Positions 1-13,540 of a DNA stretch of 64,000 bases are shown piece by piece. Under the pieces are notes generated by a model. That model was not told the DNA's origin and did no database searches. It saw nothing but the letters and a program-made list of their open reading frames with translations. The translations under genes and the position numbers were made by a program. Source of the stretch: Lingula anatina (taxonomy: Eukaryota; Animalia; Brachiopoda); assembly GCA_051362555.1 (NCBI GenBank), contig CM120644.1, forward strand, positions 14,198,768-14,262,767. Direction: 5' to 3'. How positions within the stretch are numbered: position 1 is the stretch's first letter; each line of letters begins with the position of its first letter.

Positions 1-243
1 GGGATTCAAAATGCGATGATCTATAGCTTGTCATATAATCATAATAATGACAATTTGTTTTAATACTATGCTCTACATTTGCCTCAGAGCTGTACAATAC
101 AGATATTTTATGATAAAAACACTGAAATTCTGCAATATTACCGACTACAATTACTAGATTTACACCAAAAATCAATCGAAAAACGGACTAAAGTGCGTAA
201 AATACACAAATGTGTAGGTTCGACAACCCTGTGAGTGTGTTAG

Positions 244-443
244 ACTGGGTTCCCATGCCTAGGTCGATCCATGTGGATCGGTCTAACTCCCTGGTCACGC
301 CTACCGAATCAGCTAGGGTAAAGGTAATTACTCCCTAACAGCTTTACTAGGCGTGACAGACATTTAAGCCGGTTAAGTTGATTGCAATTTAGTGAAACTC
401 CGCAGGGAGATAGATCGATCCAAATATCTGTGGGAATGGTCCC
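244..443 (-). mobile_element. ~200-bp MITE-like element (family B), opposite orientation to the copy at 22943-23154
   Basis: Imperfect terminal inverted repeats (ttcccatgcctaggtcgatc ... gatcgatccaaatatctgtgggaa). Internal acagctttactaggcgtgacagacatttaagccgg is the near reverse complement of ccggcttaagcgtctgtcgcgcctactaaaagctgt at ~23001-23036. Confidence 0.7.
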
Positions 444-2622
444 TTAATCCCCGTGCTTCTCCCGTGCCTTCCAACCCTGATTTTCGGAGTCAATTCGAAG
501 CTAATATGCTCCTCCAACGTCAGTGTGTCTCGTTAGTTACTGTTATCGGCTACCAGTGGAATACTTCCAGTGCTATCTGATGCTCAGGGTGATTCTTTCC
601 CGACGTGTTCCGTAAACCGGTGTGACAGGAATGATATAGACCGCTAGGAACCGTAGTCCCTACCCCATTACTTAATACAGGTGACTTTCGTCCCATATAC
701 GAACCCCAATACTCTAACCCTGTAGCCTGTACTAATCACATGGGATCCCGGACTCTCATTCCTAAGACTACCATTTCTGAGACACATCGACCCTCTATCA
801 AATTAAACTGTCGCTTCAGACCATTATATAGGCTCCCTACCACAAAAAAGACAGATCGATTAGAGCAAGTTTTCAAAAAGAAAAAAAAATGAGAGGGTTA
901 GAAGATTTTCTGGTTATCGGAAGTTAACGGGAAGTCGTCTTTTTAACCAGCATGCCATTTTAGGTGTACCACAGGTGAGTGTCCAGAGACCTCAGAAATA
1001 CAGGATGTGAAAAGTTGGCTAATTTCATTATTTGCCTCGTTCCCCTGTGGACAAACGCCAGCAAAAGACGCAATCTTATAGCATTGATTGCTATGTTTCC
1101 TTCCAATTTCATGCCAATTTAGATGTACGAGCATTTAATCATTATTTGTGTAACAGTCTGTTCATATCTCTGCAGTTTATCTAAATGTGTTGTTTTAGGT
1201 AGCTCTGATACCCATATTACACACCCTGGATAACACATCGTAGTGGCTCTGTCAGTTCTCCGGTCTAATATTTAGGTTTGGCAATGAGACCCACTTGGTT
1301 TCTGTGCATGTGGTCCGAAGACCCATGCATTTCACCCATGTCTATGTTACTGTTGTTATTGAGATAAGCAGTTTGGCTGTATAGCAGGTGATCATTAACA
1401 TTTTACTCTAAGGAGATTTTGATTCCACTAATTGACAGTGCTGAGAAACAGAACAATATCTCGAAACTCGCGGCGATATCCAAAATATGGGAACCCTGAA
1501 TACATTACAGCATCACCGGAACCCGCCTTTAATAATTATTTTTTTCGTGACAATGAGCAATGACGTCCCTAGTTAGTATGTTAATACAGGATATTGCCGT
1601 ATTGCATGTACTGAATATTCAAATTTTCTTTTTCGGCTTAATTTATAATAATATTAATAATGGTAATTTTATTGAGCACAGACACGTTTTACATTTAAAG
1701 GCTCTCTAAATACTACAAGTAAGAAATACAGTGTTATAAAACATACGTTATAAGGAGATACAGGTAAATACAGGTAAATCTGACGCTAATCATTAGCTTT
1801 TTAACATATCCTTAGTAACAAAATTTGCTTTATCAGTCCCATATCTTTATACAGTTAGGACGATTTGCGGATTCGCCAAAATACATATAATCATAGAACA
1901 GAACAAAAAAGTATTTATATAATTTTTCCAAATCATATTGGTAATCACAAATTTGTCCTACAATTTCCGTATCGGATCGGCAATGGCTGTGGCTGATTAT
2001 AACACTGTTCTAGGTTGATTTAGATTGCCTAATAGTAACATGCTCAGAATTCTGTCCAAATGTAATATTAACAAAAAACCAAATGAAATATTAACAAAAC
2101 ACCACTCACGATACCATTACATGTATATAAGTTTCGGGGAAGTTAGTCCGTTTAGAAAATTGATAGGACTACTTTTTTCAACAGCATATTAGCAACGTTT
2201 CCAGAATTATATAGAAATCACCTGGGGTAGCAATAACAATATTGGCTGCGAGATAAACGGTTTGATATAAACAACACTGACATTTGAACTTCATCTTTCA
2301 GGGTAGCGGGGCAGGAAAATCATCGTGGGGCTTGAAACAGACAATCTGCTCAGCCAGGTCTGGATAACTTCTGAAACCAGAATCCAAGATTGATTGATTT
2401 TTGACACAGCGCAGCCTCAACTCTTATTTAACAGCGCAGATAATTTACAGGGAACTGCCCATTAGTATACTATCACGCGGGACTAATACGGGCAAATTTT
2501 CCTCAGCGTGCTCTTTCATCCAAGCGTTAAAGTGTGTGTTGGGCATCGAGTGTGAGTTACATGTGGCTTTCCATTTCGTAAACAATTTCTACAAACTACC
2601 ACTGGGGAATTCAGACTGTTTA

Positions 2623-2662
2623 CTCTCTCTCCCTCTCTCTCTCTATCTCTCTCACTCTCTCT
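2623..2662 (+). repeat. (CT)n microsatellite upstream of neurexin
   Basis: Run ctctctccctctctctctctatctctctcactctctct seen directly. Confidence 0.85.
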
Positions 2663-3600
2663 GACACACAAAACCAAGGGTTATTGCTGACACGTTGCAG
2701 TTCTGCGATTATTCAACGGCGTATAAAATTGATAAGGACCAGGGCATTTCGTGGGCGAGCAACTAACCAGCACTGGGAATTATCTGCTCCACACTATCTC
2801 TCAACCAAGTGAAGTTTGTCGGTTAATCAATGTTGTCAATGACAAATATTACAGTGAAATGCCCATTGCCAAGCGAACCGAGAGTTTCTGAGAATTTTCA
2901 CGCGATTCCACGGTGTTGGATTAGATTTTACAGAGACCTGACCACTGCTGTACGGTTTTTATATATTTGTGACAGTTGTGATTTACTTTGAGGAGTCCAG
3001 TGTTGCTTAATTTCCACATACCATCGAGGCATAAACACCATTCCAGGCGTATTTAACGGTACTAATACACGAGTTGCGTGTACGCAGTCATTTCCGTGGA
3101 CCGCTTTTAATGCTGATTGGTTTTCGCATACAATTGGATGGTTTCCACAATTAACCAACGGTTGTAGTAAGACAAAGACAGTAGCCGCCTGTCCAGTTAG
3201 GTGATTCATAACCACTCGCGTCGCAGAGTATTATTCAATAGTGTCCTTGCAGTGGCCTGGGAACGGCGGGATGATTCTTCAGTTCTTTGGGAGCGGAGAG
3301 AAGGGAATGCTGTGACTAAATAAAAGATAACGTGCTCTGGATTTTGTTGCCAAATAAGGCTGTGAAGTGTCGGTGGGGACAGTGTGAATAACTGTCAGCT
3401 TTGACTTTGGAGTGCAATTGAATCTACTTTTTTGAGAGACGCTGGAAATAACCAACGGGTTGGCCACACAACAAGCTCGGACTAAGCACAGTCGCAAAGA
3501 GATCAAAACAGCACAAAAAAACGCGCTGTGCGGTTATTTCAAGGATATTCCATATCTAAAAAAGTGGGAGAGTCGTAATAGAAAGAAGACATAAAAAACA

Positions 3601-4333
3601 ATGTGGGATGCCATAATCAAAATAACGGCCTTTTTAGTGACCTTTGCCCTTCGTAATGCCCGCGGGTATACCATTGGTATAACATCACAGGCTTCTTATG
3701 CCAAATACACTAAGTGGAACCCCTGCCCGGATGGGTCTTTGAAATTTGAATTCAAAACCCAAGAACCGGATGGCCTACTCGTTTATTTGGACGACGGCGG
3801 GAGTCTCGACTTCATTGAGGTGAAACTGGTCGATGGAGCGTTACAATTTCGATATAACATGGGCGAAGGCGTGGCCACAGAAATTAACCTGGGCGGAAAC
3901 CTTAACGACGATGCCTGGCACTCGGTTCAAATAGAGAGACAAGATGGCGCCGTTCAGTTGGTGTTGGACGCTGAGAGAACATCAAAATCGGTTCCTAATG
4001 ACAAGCCGCAATTTGGTGAATTGGAAGGAAACAGTTTTCTGTACATAGCTGGACTTCCGGTCCATTTTAAAAGTGACTTGAGGTCTCTCGCCCTCCCATC
4101 TGCAGCCTTCGAATCGCCCTTTGCAGGAAGCATTAGGAATTTGCTGTATTCAAATTGCTCCAAAGCGTTTGGGAGTCCAATACTTCTTGATTCCGTTGGC
4201 ATTGAGAAGGACGTTTCTGACCCATGCTCCAGCAAAAACGTGTGTATGAACAATGGGACGTGTCTTGTCACGGATACTGGCGCCATCTGCGACTGTTCAG
4301 CGATCAATTTTGAGGGAGAGTTTTGCGAAAAAG
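3601..4333 (+). CDS. NRXN: Alpha-neurexin first coding exon (signal peptide, laminin-G/LNS domain 1, EGF domain 1); remaining exons not found in window
   Basis: Signal peptide MWDAIIKITAFLVTFALRNARG. Neurexin LNS1 motifs YAKYTKWNPC..SLKFEFKT..DGLLVYLDDGG..DFIEVKL, LNDDAWHSV and LALPSAAFESPFAGSIRNL. EGF CSSKNVCMNNGTC...CDCSAINFEGEFCEK. Phase-1 donor AAG|gtgaga at 4333/4334; the ORF tail to 4437 is intron read-through. Confidence 0.9.
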
Positions 4334-7054
4334 GTGAGATTCTGTTGAAATTTTGTTACTGCTTTGCCCTTCCCCCCCTCACCCCCCCCCCCCCCACACA
4401 CACACATATGCCAAATGCGTATTATCTCTTGTATTAAAACCCTTCTAGCTGCACTTAGTGCAATTTTATATCTTCGACTTTCCTTTTTTTTTACTTTCTT
4501 TCTCCTATTAAAAGAAAAATGTAATGGATAGCATACTTTGTACATGTACTTAGATATAAAGTATTTTCCCCAACATATGAAAACACTACAGAAAATCATC
4601 ATTTCACTGTCGAATCCACGGTTTTGCTAAAGGGAAGGGGCCAGTAAAATATCTTTTTGCCTTGCTCATTTGGCAAGTAAACATTTGGCGAATATAATTT
4701 TAGAATAATATGTAAGGTACGGGGAATTCCAAGTTACCTGTTTATTTTTTTGTCTCTCGATACCTTTTTCTTTTGGGATGGAAAAAGGGGGTGACTCAGA
4801 TTTTTGTTTGCGATGGGGGGGGTGGGGGGCGGAAGGGGGGGGGGCAGATAGCCCGCTCTCCATAGATTCTCCATTTCGCATTTGGACACAGGATTGGATA
4901 TGACCCAAAAAGCAAACTCCCTAAGCTAAAACATCAAAGGAAATTGATGAGGGTAATCGCTGGTACAAAAAGATCTGCTTGGTTCGGCAAACTGCAATCA
5001 AGATGCACTTTGACAATCAATCTTGGTTCAAATAAGTGCAGAAAACGGAGTTTAATGTGAACAATATCCTTACCAGTACGTTCTCAGAGTTACTATTGAT
5101 TTAGATCTAAAGTGCATTTGCAACAAATTGAAGCACGCAAATGAATGGCAATTCCAATATAAGTTGTGTGCGTTTTCAAGTAAGTCTGTCTTGGATTGTT
5201 CAACTTTTTTTTCCATTTTGACGTGCCAATTAATTCAACACAAGGGTTTTAGGAATAGATGCGCATGTAGTAGACTGCATTTTAAAAAGATGCCATTTAT
5301 CAATGTCAATAAATTCCCAAAGGCATACTGTGCACGGAAGGCCCTTACATAACAAAAAAGAAATGAGTAATATGTCAACAATTTCCTTTATCCCCGCTGA
5401 GAAAATTAATATACCTGGAATATTCAGTTTTGCTACATAAGGGAGTAGATTTCAGTGTGTATATTTAAGCAAGCACAGTAGTGCCATAATGAGCACAATT
5501 GGGGCTCATTCACAATGAAACTATCGTTCTCTGTAGATCGCAGATACATGTACTGTTAGTCTGTGTGTGCGTTGATAGAAAGAAAGATCGATAGATGGGT
5601 CCTTCAGGTTGAAAAGCACCTCCATTTAAGAAGTGGCCTGCCCATTCGATTATAATCACAATTATCACCAAAACATTCGTTGATAAATGCGAGTCGAGAC
5701 TACTTGTGTCCATCAAGAATTACTGGAAACTCACTTTTATCTTCAGCATCTTAGTGATACTACATGTATTATTACGGCTTCTCTGCTGTTACGGCCAGTT
5801 TAGACAGAGAGGTGCGTGATGCAGAGAGAGAGAGACCCGAGTTCCTACTAAATTTGTGAGATTCTCGACTCGCCCTGGGTTTCATAGGTTATTGAAAAAT
5901 CTCACTGTGCAGAAGTTTACTGGTGAGCTGCTCTCCGAAACTCGTTTTTTTTTTCTTTTTTTTTGTCTCAACCCAGCGATGGTCATGACGACTACCGTTT
6001 GCTTGCAAGATCCCCTCAGAAACAATTTGCTCCTTTGCCATGATTCAGATATATGAAGCTCTGGATGTGAAGGTAATACACCAGGCGTATTGATCGAATG
6101 CTTACAAAGCGTCAAATTGACTGAAAACAAATACGTTTTGTCATTAAGGAAGGGATGAGGTAATCAAATGAGCGTCTTGTGTTCGTCAAAATTAGCGCAA
6201 GGGATAATTGCCGTCTGAGCAAGAACCCATTTTTACGAGAAGATTTTACAGAAGAGTGCAGTCCACTGTATGAAATATAAGCGGCAAAGTAGTTCTGACA
6301 CTAGCAGTCGTACCTGATAAATAAAGGCTTTATGTATATTTTTCCCTCAATAAATGGGCGTGTACTTTTAAATGGAAAACGAGTGGATATACATGATGAT
6401 TTGTTAACAATGGCAAATATATTTGAAGTTGCAAAATACCATTATAATTGTTATCATGCTCATTAATAATAACCAATAACCTAAAATTAATACAATTATG
6501 ATTATCATTATTATTCAATATTAGCGGACTATGTTCTTTATCGTTTTTTGAAGCCCCACCATTGCTGCATTTTGCGTATCTAATTATAAGAGTATAATAT
6601 GTAAATCCAGCATATCGATATTACTTTTCAATCTTCGTCATTTGTCATTTCAGCTTCACTGCAGTCCTTCACTGTGGTTTTTACCACTCCTATGCCATCC
6701 TCATCTACATCCAAGCCAGTGACAGAGGCTCGCGAACTCGTTGACGCAACGACGCCAGTTGGGGGGTCGGGATCCACAAACGGCGCCAACTCTACAATAG
6801 GTCAGTCTACCCTTAAGTGTTGTAACCATGGCAACCGAAAGTGATACAAAGTATCGATTATGTTGGTTCGGGGCTATAATGAACAAATACACAAATTTTT
6901 AATCAAAATCTGAAAGGGTCATTTGCCATTCTATTCTGAATATTACAGAGAGTGGTATTTTCCTCTTGTGAGACTTTGCATAGGCTTGTCCGACTGGGTT
7001 GGGAGGGGATCCTTTATCCAAACTTTAAAAAGGAAAAGGCCAATATAAGACATT

Positions 7055-7210
7055 ATACTACTGCCAGTACTTCTACCACTACTGCTGCTACTACTACTAT
7101 ATCTGCTGCTCCTACTACATGTACTACTGCTATTGCTGCCACTACTGCTACTGCTGCTACCTACCTACTTCTACTACTACTACTACTATACGGTAGGGCC
7201 TACTATTACT
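7055..7210 (+). repeat. Degenerate (ACT/GCT)n trinucleotide microsatellite
   Basis: actactgctgctactactact runs; explains the Thr/Ala/Leu-rich ORF 6952-7416. Confidence 0.85.
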
Positions 7211-8539
7211 TTAGTATTATTAGGGAGGGAGTTAAAAAAAGGCCCTCCCGGTTTGTGATTCCCCTCCTTGAACACCGAGAGTTTCTTGTTTTCAGTGCTG
7301 TTAAGCTAAAGCCCGTAGAAATCATTTTATTTTTAAGATATGAGTTGAAAACAGCACAAACACATTTCATAGTAAAAACGAGAATCCGTACATGCATTCG
7401 TCCAGATATAATATAGTTATCTTTATATGAAAGCTTTGGCTTGTGATTATGCCGTTAAACCCACTCATGTCGTAGCCATTTTCTATTGATCTCAGCGCCT
7501 TTTATCTGTTTATTGCAACACAAAGCATGTATCATAATGCTTCAAACGGATTAACTTGCAATAATGTCATGTTGCGCGAGACTGAAGAGCACTTTACAGG
7601 CGGGAATATATTACACGAGATCTATACGAATGCAATTTTGTCGCCTTACCTATTGATTAAGTTTTAATTAAAGCTGGTTACCCAATGATTTTTCAGTTCG
7701 ACTTATGTTGAAAACGCATTACTGAAAGAATAGTTTTATATTATCGAAAAACTGTGTTTTGCTTTGAAGATCTTTTCAAGAAGGTTACTACGTAGGGATA
7801 TAGATTTGCAATGCATTTTTTTTTTTTTGCCTTGAAGTGCCTTGCAGCATCCCTGTCGGGGAGAAAAGGAGAATGCTCCAAGTAGTACATTCTCCTGCCA
7901 AAACTCTCAAGAAATATTCATCAGTGATCATCCTTCACACACACACACTCACGCACGCACTCACGCGCATACGCACACACGCACAGTTTTACGTCGCACA
8001 GAACCTGTCGCGAAATCGAATTTCGGTTCTGCTTGGCTGAGCCGGGGGCAAAAAAAAAAAAAAAAAGACCAGTGTAGATTTTTTTGCGCACCAACTTCAC
8101 AATATTTTTCTTTTCTTCCAGGAAATATCCTCTACTGCATTCTGCTAGCTTCCATTACGTGGAAACTAGAAAGTGGCGACCTCCTTTGAGAAGACGGAAG
8201 ACTATGGCCTGATAAGCTGTGCAGCACTGATAGCTATTTAAAGTGGTCCAGTAACTTAACTGTGGGTTACACTGACAGACTGAAAAAATAAACTAAAAAG
8301 AATTTTTTGAAAAAACTAATAGATATAAAGAATAAGGTAAAGAGGAAAGGGGATTATAAAGAAAGATAAATCCCACCGTAGGTCTGAATTGTAAAGATAT
8401 CAGTATTACGCATAAATATAGTGGCACCTTGTATGAAAAAGACTGATAATCTCTGTGTAAAATTCTTTTACGTTGTTGTCGTTGAAGTTAGTAGCACAAG
8501 TACTATGTCCCTGTGTATGTTTAGGGGGGGGGGATTTTT

Positions 8540-8690
8540 TCTCAGTTTTCGGCCTTTCAACTTAAGTGGTAGCTTGAATAAAAAGTCTATAACGTCATCA
8601 ATCTGGTGCGTGTAGCGATGCATTAGCACTTCAAATGCATATTATATACTACAATGTAAAACAGCTAACATGAAAGGCCGAAAACTGAGA
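8540..8690. mobile_element. 151-bp MITE-like element with perfect 20-bp inverted repeats
   Basis: tctcagttttcggcctttca (8540-8559) and tgaaaggccgaaaactgaga (8671-8690) are exact reverse complements. Confidence 0.6.
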
Positions 8691-10112
8691 CAAGGCGGGC
8701 TTGTGGTGCTTCGAAAATTGTCTTAAAATTTTTACCAAAGTATCTTTTAACAAGGTGAGTAAAGTGTCATTAAGGCAAAATACTACCACTTTATGCATAT
8801 TTGTCAGTGGGCCTATTTGCGTCAAAAAATAACGACCCTGATACCTGGGAAAATAGGATGAAAACGGGGAACACATAGTTCGTGAATTAAATAATTAAAT
8901 GCATTTTTATCACCCGTTCTAGTGTTTACAGCCAAATTTCTTCCCCAAAGAACGTATTGCCACTTTAATTCTGTCATTGCTGTTGTTTACAACTTCCTGG
9001 TCGGCCTTAGGCTACCCCCCCCCACCCACCCCCAATAATAAATCCTTGAATCTCTGGACTATGTATAAGAGTCTCTATTAGTATACTTCTGTATCAGAAG
9101 TAATCTTTTACAGTCTTATGTTCCGGGTTCCTGCTACCCTCTGGTATCAGGGCCCAACAAAAATACTACATGAAATCACACTGTGGTGCGCTTTCGACAA
9201 TTTTGTACCAGACAACTAGCGCACCCTGTGGTCAGGCGGTAGGTTCACGTTATATACACAGTTCTTGATGCTAACATATGGCGGCAGGCTGTAACGTGTC
9301 TCCTGTTTCACGATATTTGAGCATGTACAATACTAGTATATCAGTTTGAAAACATTTTATTGAGTTTTTTTTACAATTCTTGATTGTTTCTACATGGAGC
9401 AACCAGATTACAGAGAACAGGTTATTACACGCATATGAATTGAATATGGCTTATAAGTATGACTTTATAATGTTAAAATATACGTACAATAAGAGTAACG
9501 TCAGTAGTACAGTACATGCAATATGTAAGTTTCCATGTACATAGCGACGGTAGACAAATACATTTAGGGTGCACAGCAGAAAAATAGGAATACTTTACAT
9601 AGCATTTCATTTTGCGCAGTTGAGGAACACTTCCCTTTTTTTTCAGAAGTTTTTATTTACTGTCTATTATCATGAATAAATGGTTATTAATAGTCAATAT
9701 TAGTCCAGAATATTTGGGATTATGATAATTATTTGCAAAATTATGCATCGCCATAAATCTTACTCTTCTAATTAAAAGCCAGTTAAAAAAATCCAGCAGA
9801 TAAAATATAAGTGAACACCACAAAAAATATATTATATATATAAATAAATTCATCCATTCACTATCTATCATGACCTATCATGATGAATAAACAAGAAGTA
9901 CCGAAGGCGTAAGTACTGGAATTGTCATTTGCAAAACATACATCCTCAAAGCCATTTAAAAAGTCTGACTTACAATGAACATCAGCGAAGAGATACAGTT
10001 ACATACACTGGTACAATGTACATGCGAGGCCCACACTCACGGAGTGTTATTCCGGGAAACTTTTAAGGCCAAAAACATGTCATATTACAGAGTTACGTCA
10101 TAGAAACACGTT

Positions 10113-10420
10113 TTAATCTTTATTCTTGAACAGGGCTGAAACTATGACCCCAACTGCAAAACCGGCTGCCCAAATTTTCACTATCGTCTCTCTCGCAAAG
10201 CCAAGAACTCCTGCCGACTGAAGTTTAGCTATAATATCTCCCGCCGGCACACCCCCGCCATATTTAATTGCAGTCTTGCTCATCCATTCGGCGGCCCAGG
10301 AACCTATACGTATACCATCATGGGTAAACCCAAAGGAATCGAGACCGCACACACATAAAGCAAGGACCACGGCCCCGCCGACTACGCCTCCTATTATATA
10401 CCTCCGGTAGGCCCGTGCGC
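10113..10420 (-). CDS. IFI27: IFI27/ISG12 (IFI6-16) family small membrane protein, terminal coding exon
   Basis: ISG12 motif GFTHDGIRIGSWAAEWMSKTAIKYGGGVPAGDIIAKLQSAGVLG, flanked by hydrophobic Gly-rich segments. Acceptor atttcaacatttgcag| just upstream of 10420, phase 1, open frame ARAYRRYIIGGVVGGAVVLAL...; stop at 10113-10115. Confidence 0.8.
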
Positions 10421-11033
10421 CTGCAAATGTTGAAATGGAGAGTTATTCAATGGTCTGAAACCTCTTAAACACTCACAAATGAAACAGAATGCATCACGTT
10501 TACAGTTTCAAGTTTTCAGATTCCATGCTGTGCAATGAACTTGAAGTACAGTGGCGATGCTCTATTCGGACTTAGGTGTCTTTCGTTGAAATGCGAATAT
10601 TTCTCTTTGTATGTATGTCAAATAATGCATTATCACCGTCTCAATATTGGTGGATTTTATTTACTTCACCTTTAATTAATTTTTACCGTTATCTGGTTCC
10701 GCGCTTTTCTCTGACACGCCACTGGCATTGTCCTTTGCAATCTCATCACTATCCCTGTACAACAGTGCCTGCAGTATGTTAACGCCGCCGGTTAACACCG
10801 AGTGTAAGGGAGCGACTGAAGCTAAAAATAAACATCAACTGCATGGTGTTCTGTTTCCACGTTCAGTCGGCAACACATTTATATATGCAAATAATAACAA
10901 TAAAGACTACAGTGTATGTTCAAAGAATAAGAGACTAGGAAGGATTAAATTGCACGAGATTTCTGAGGGGACTTTTTTTCTATTCTTCTAGACTCGATCC
11001 TGCTAACTGTACTCAGTATTTCATTAAACTGGT

Positions 11034-11305
11034 CTAAAATACATTTTTACCGCTATCAGGCTTCGTTTCTTTCTCCAGCACGCCAGCAGGACTACTTCTG
11101 GCATATCCAATCGCACCGTAAGCCCTGCTCATCAGTGTCTGCGGTGTAGATCCTGGACCAACTTGACTTACGTGCTGATAGGTTTCTGGTCCTTTCTTAC
11201 TGCCGGTAAACCACGAGGACGGGTGAAAGTATGGGGTAATGGCAATGGCCCCTACCCCAATGCCGGCCACGCCTCCTCTCACATAGGCCCGTGATCTTCG
11301 TGCGC
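11034..11305 (-). CDS. Diverged paralogous terminal exon of the IFI27-like locus (ISG12 core lost or degenerate)
   Basis: Same acceptor context atttgcag|gcgcacg as the 10420 exon, homologous upstream intron, same phase. Open frame ARRSRAYVRGGVAGIGVGAIAITPYF...KNVF*. Confidence 0.55.
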
Positions 11306-11678
11306 CTGCAAAATCTGAAATTAAGGGTCATTTAGTGGTCTGGAATTTATCAGACACTCATTAATGAAGGCAAGGTCTTATAAACAGTGTTGCCGATATG
11401 TCAGCGATATGCAAAAAAAAAAAAAAATAATAATAATAATAATAATAAAAATAAAATAAAATAAAATAAAAATAAAATAGAAATAAAAAATAAATAAATA
11501 AATAAAGGCATTAATAAAAAAGGGAAAATGACTTGCTTTATACGCTTACCAATTGCCCAATTCAATAAAATGTTAAACAATTCACCTTAAGGTGATATGT
11601 TTTCGTAAACGATATATTTTTTTCGAACAAGTAAATGAATGAATAAATAAATTCAAAGAGGTAATTATTTTCCCGCTG

Positions 11679-13540
11679 TTTTTATGTACAGACACAGATG
11701 TGTCTGTACATATAGCCATCATCTGCGTCTGTCGTCGCCGTCGTCGCCGTCGTCGCCGTGCACTTTTACCGATAACACGATAAGTGGAAAACCATTTTAC
11801 CTTTTGACTTGAAACTTGCAGAACTGATGAATATTCATAATACGCAGGTCAAGTTCGAAAATCAGCATGATCGGGTCACTTTTAGGGAATTTATGCTGTT
11901 TTTTCACTTTTTTCAGCATATATGCAACACCGATAACACGATAAGTGGAAAACCATTTTACCTTTTGCCTTGAAACTTACAGAACTGATGAATATTCATA
12001 ATACGCAGGTCAAGTTCGAAAATCAGCATGATCGGGTCACTTTTAGGGCATTTATGCTGTTTTTTCACTTTTTTCAGCATATATGCAGCACCGATAACAT
12101 GATAAGTGGAAAACCATTTTACCTTTTGACTTGAAACTTACAGAACTGATGAATATTCATAATACGCAGGTCAAGTTCGAAAATCAGCATGATTGGGCCA
12201 TTTTTAGGGAATTTATGCTGTTTTTTCACTATTTTCAATATAAATACAACACTGATAACACAATATAAGAAAAACGGATTGGCCAATTGTAATCATACTC
12301 ACAGGAGTGGTCAATCTTACTAAAACGCAGGTTGAGTTCGAAAATCAGCATAATCAGGCCATTATTTTAGAAGTTATACTGTTTTTCACATTTCCTCAGA
12401 TTCAATTATTAGGCATGTTAACAGTCTCATTATTTAACTAATAAGATGCCTAAAAGTGTTTGTTTGATATTTCCTGCATCTTTACAACATTGTTAGTTGA
12501 TTATGTAAAAAACATGGTAAACTTGTTATCATGTATTGTGTAATAAAGTGTCAAAAATGGAAATAAACTCATATCATTGCAGTTTGTCAGATTCAATCAT
12601 CCACTATGTTCAGAATCTCAGAATGGAGGAAATTGGACATTTAACACTGTTCTATTGATACTTTTCCCATCTCATCAATTTTCTTAGTTGGTCATATAAA
12701 ATGGCAGTAAAATGTTTATTTTGTTTTATGTTAAAAAAGTGTTAAAAATGGAAATAAACCCATTTCAGAACAGTGCTGTCTTGTTTACATTTTGGCATTT
12801 TCAAGGCGTGACTTTGAAGTTCCATGGGCCTGAAGACCTTTGCTAGTCACATTTTCTGAATATCTGTGAAACAAATATTTTATAATTAAAAATTGATGGT
12901 CATTTAGCTGTTAAACATTATGTAATATTGCATCAAAATTTGAAGAAACCCCTATTTTGGGCACTGCTTCCATGATGACCATTTAAGGAAAATCATGTCA
13001 CTTACTGTTCTCAAACTTACAGGAAAGAAACATGGGACTAAAATACAGCTTCAGTAGGCAATGCAGTCTGTTTGGTATTTTTATTTATTTATTTATTTAT
13101 TTTGGCAGTTAAACAGTTTTTTGTGAAAATTCAATTTTTCACATATTGGCATTTTCAAGGTGTGACTTTAAAGTTCCATGATCTTGAAGACTTTTGCTTG
13201 TCACATTTTCTGAATGTCCATGTTACTAATATTTTATTAATAATATTTGATTGTCATTATGCTGTTAAACATTATGTAATGTTGCATCAAAATTTGAAGA
13301 AACCCCTATTTTGGGCACTGCTCCTATGATGACCATTTAAGGGAAATCATGTCACTTACTGTTCTCAAACTTACAGGAAAGAAACATGGGTCTAACATAC
13401 AGCTTCAATAGGCAACGCAGTCTGTTTGGTAAATTTTTCTGGCAATTTAATAGTTTTTTGTGAAAATTTAATTTTTCACTTATTTGCATCTTTATTTTCT
13501 GTTCTTTGTCTGTACATTTGACAGCTTTGCTGCCTTGTTT
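11679..13540 (+). mobile_element. Helentron-associated (HINE/DINE-1/pearl-like) non-autonomous element, complete copy 1
   Basis: 5' T-run and palindrome atgtacagacaca-ga-tgtgtctgtacat; (GTCGCC)n microsatellite; ~161-bp tandem core repeats (starts ~11769, 11930, 12091, 12252); ~355-bp internal duplication; 3' subterminal repeat tgtctgtacat (13507-13517) then short hairpin gacagctttgctgcc and T-run. Confidence 0.75.

Noticed and set aside
6822-6835. RFX X-box-like gtaaccatggcaac in the neurexin intron
   Set aside because: Single short motif; similar motifs occur in local repeats, so no functional claim is supportable.
6952-7416. 154-aa Thr/Ala-rich ORF
   Set aside because: Explained by a trinucleotide microsatellite.
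8122-8189. Possible neurexin exon 2 after acceptor ttttcttccag
   Set aside because: In-phase reading stops after ~22 codons and shows no neurexin similarity; cannot be supported without RNA data.
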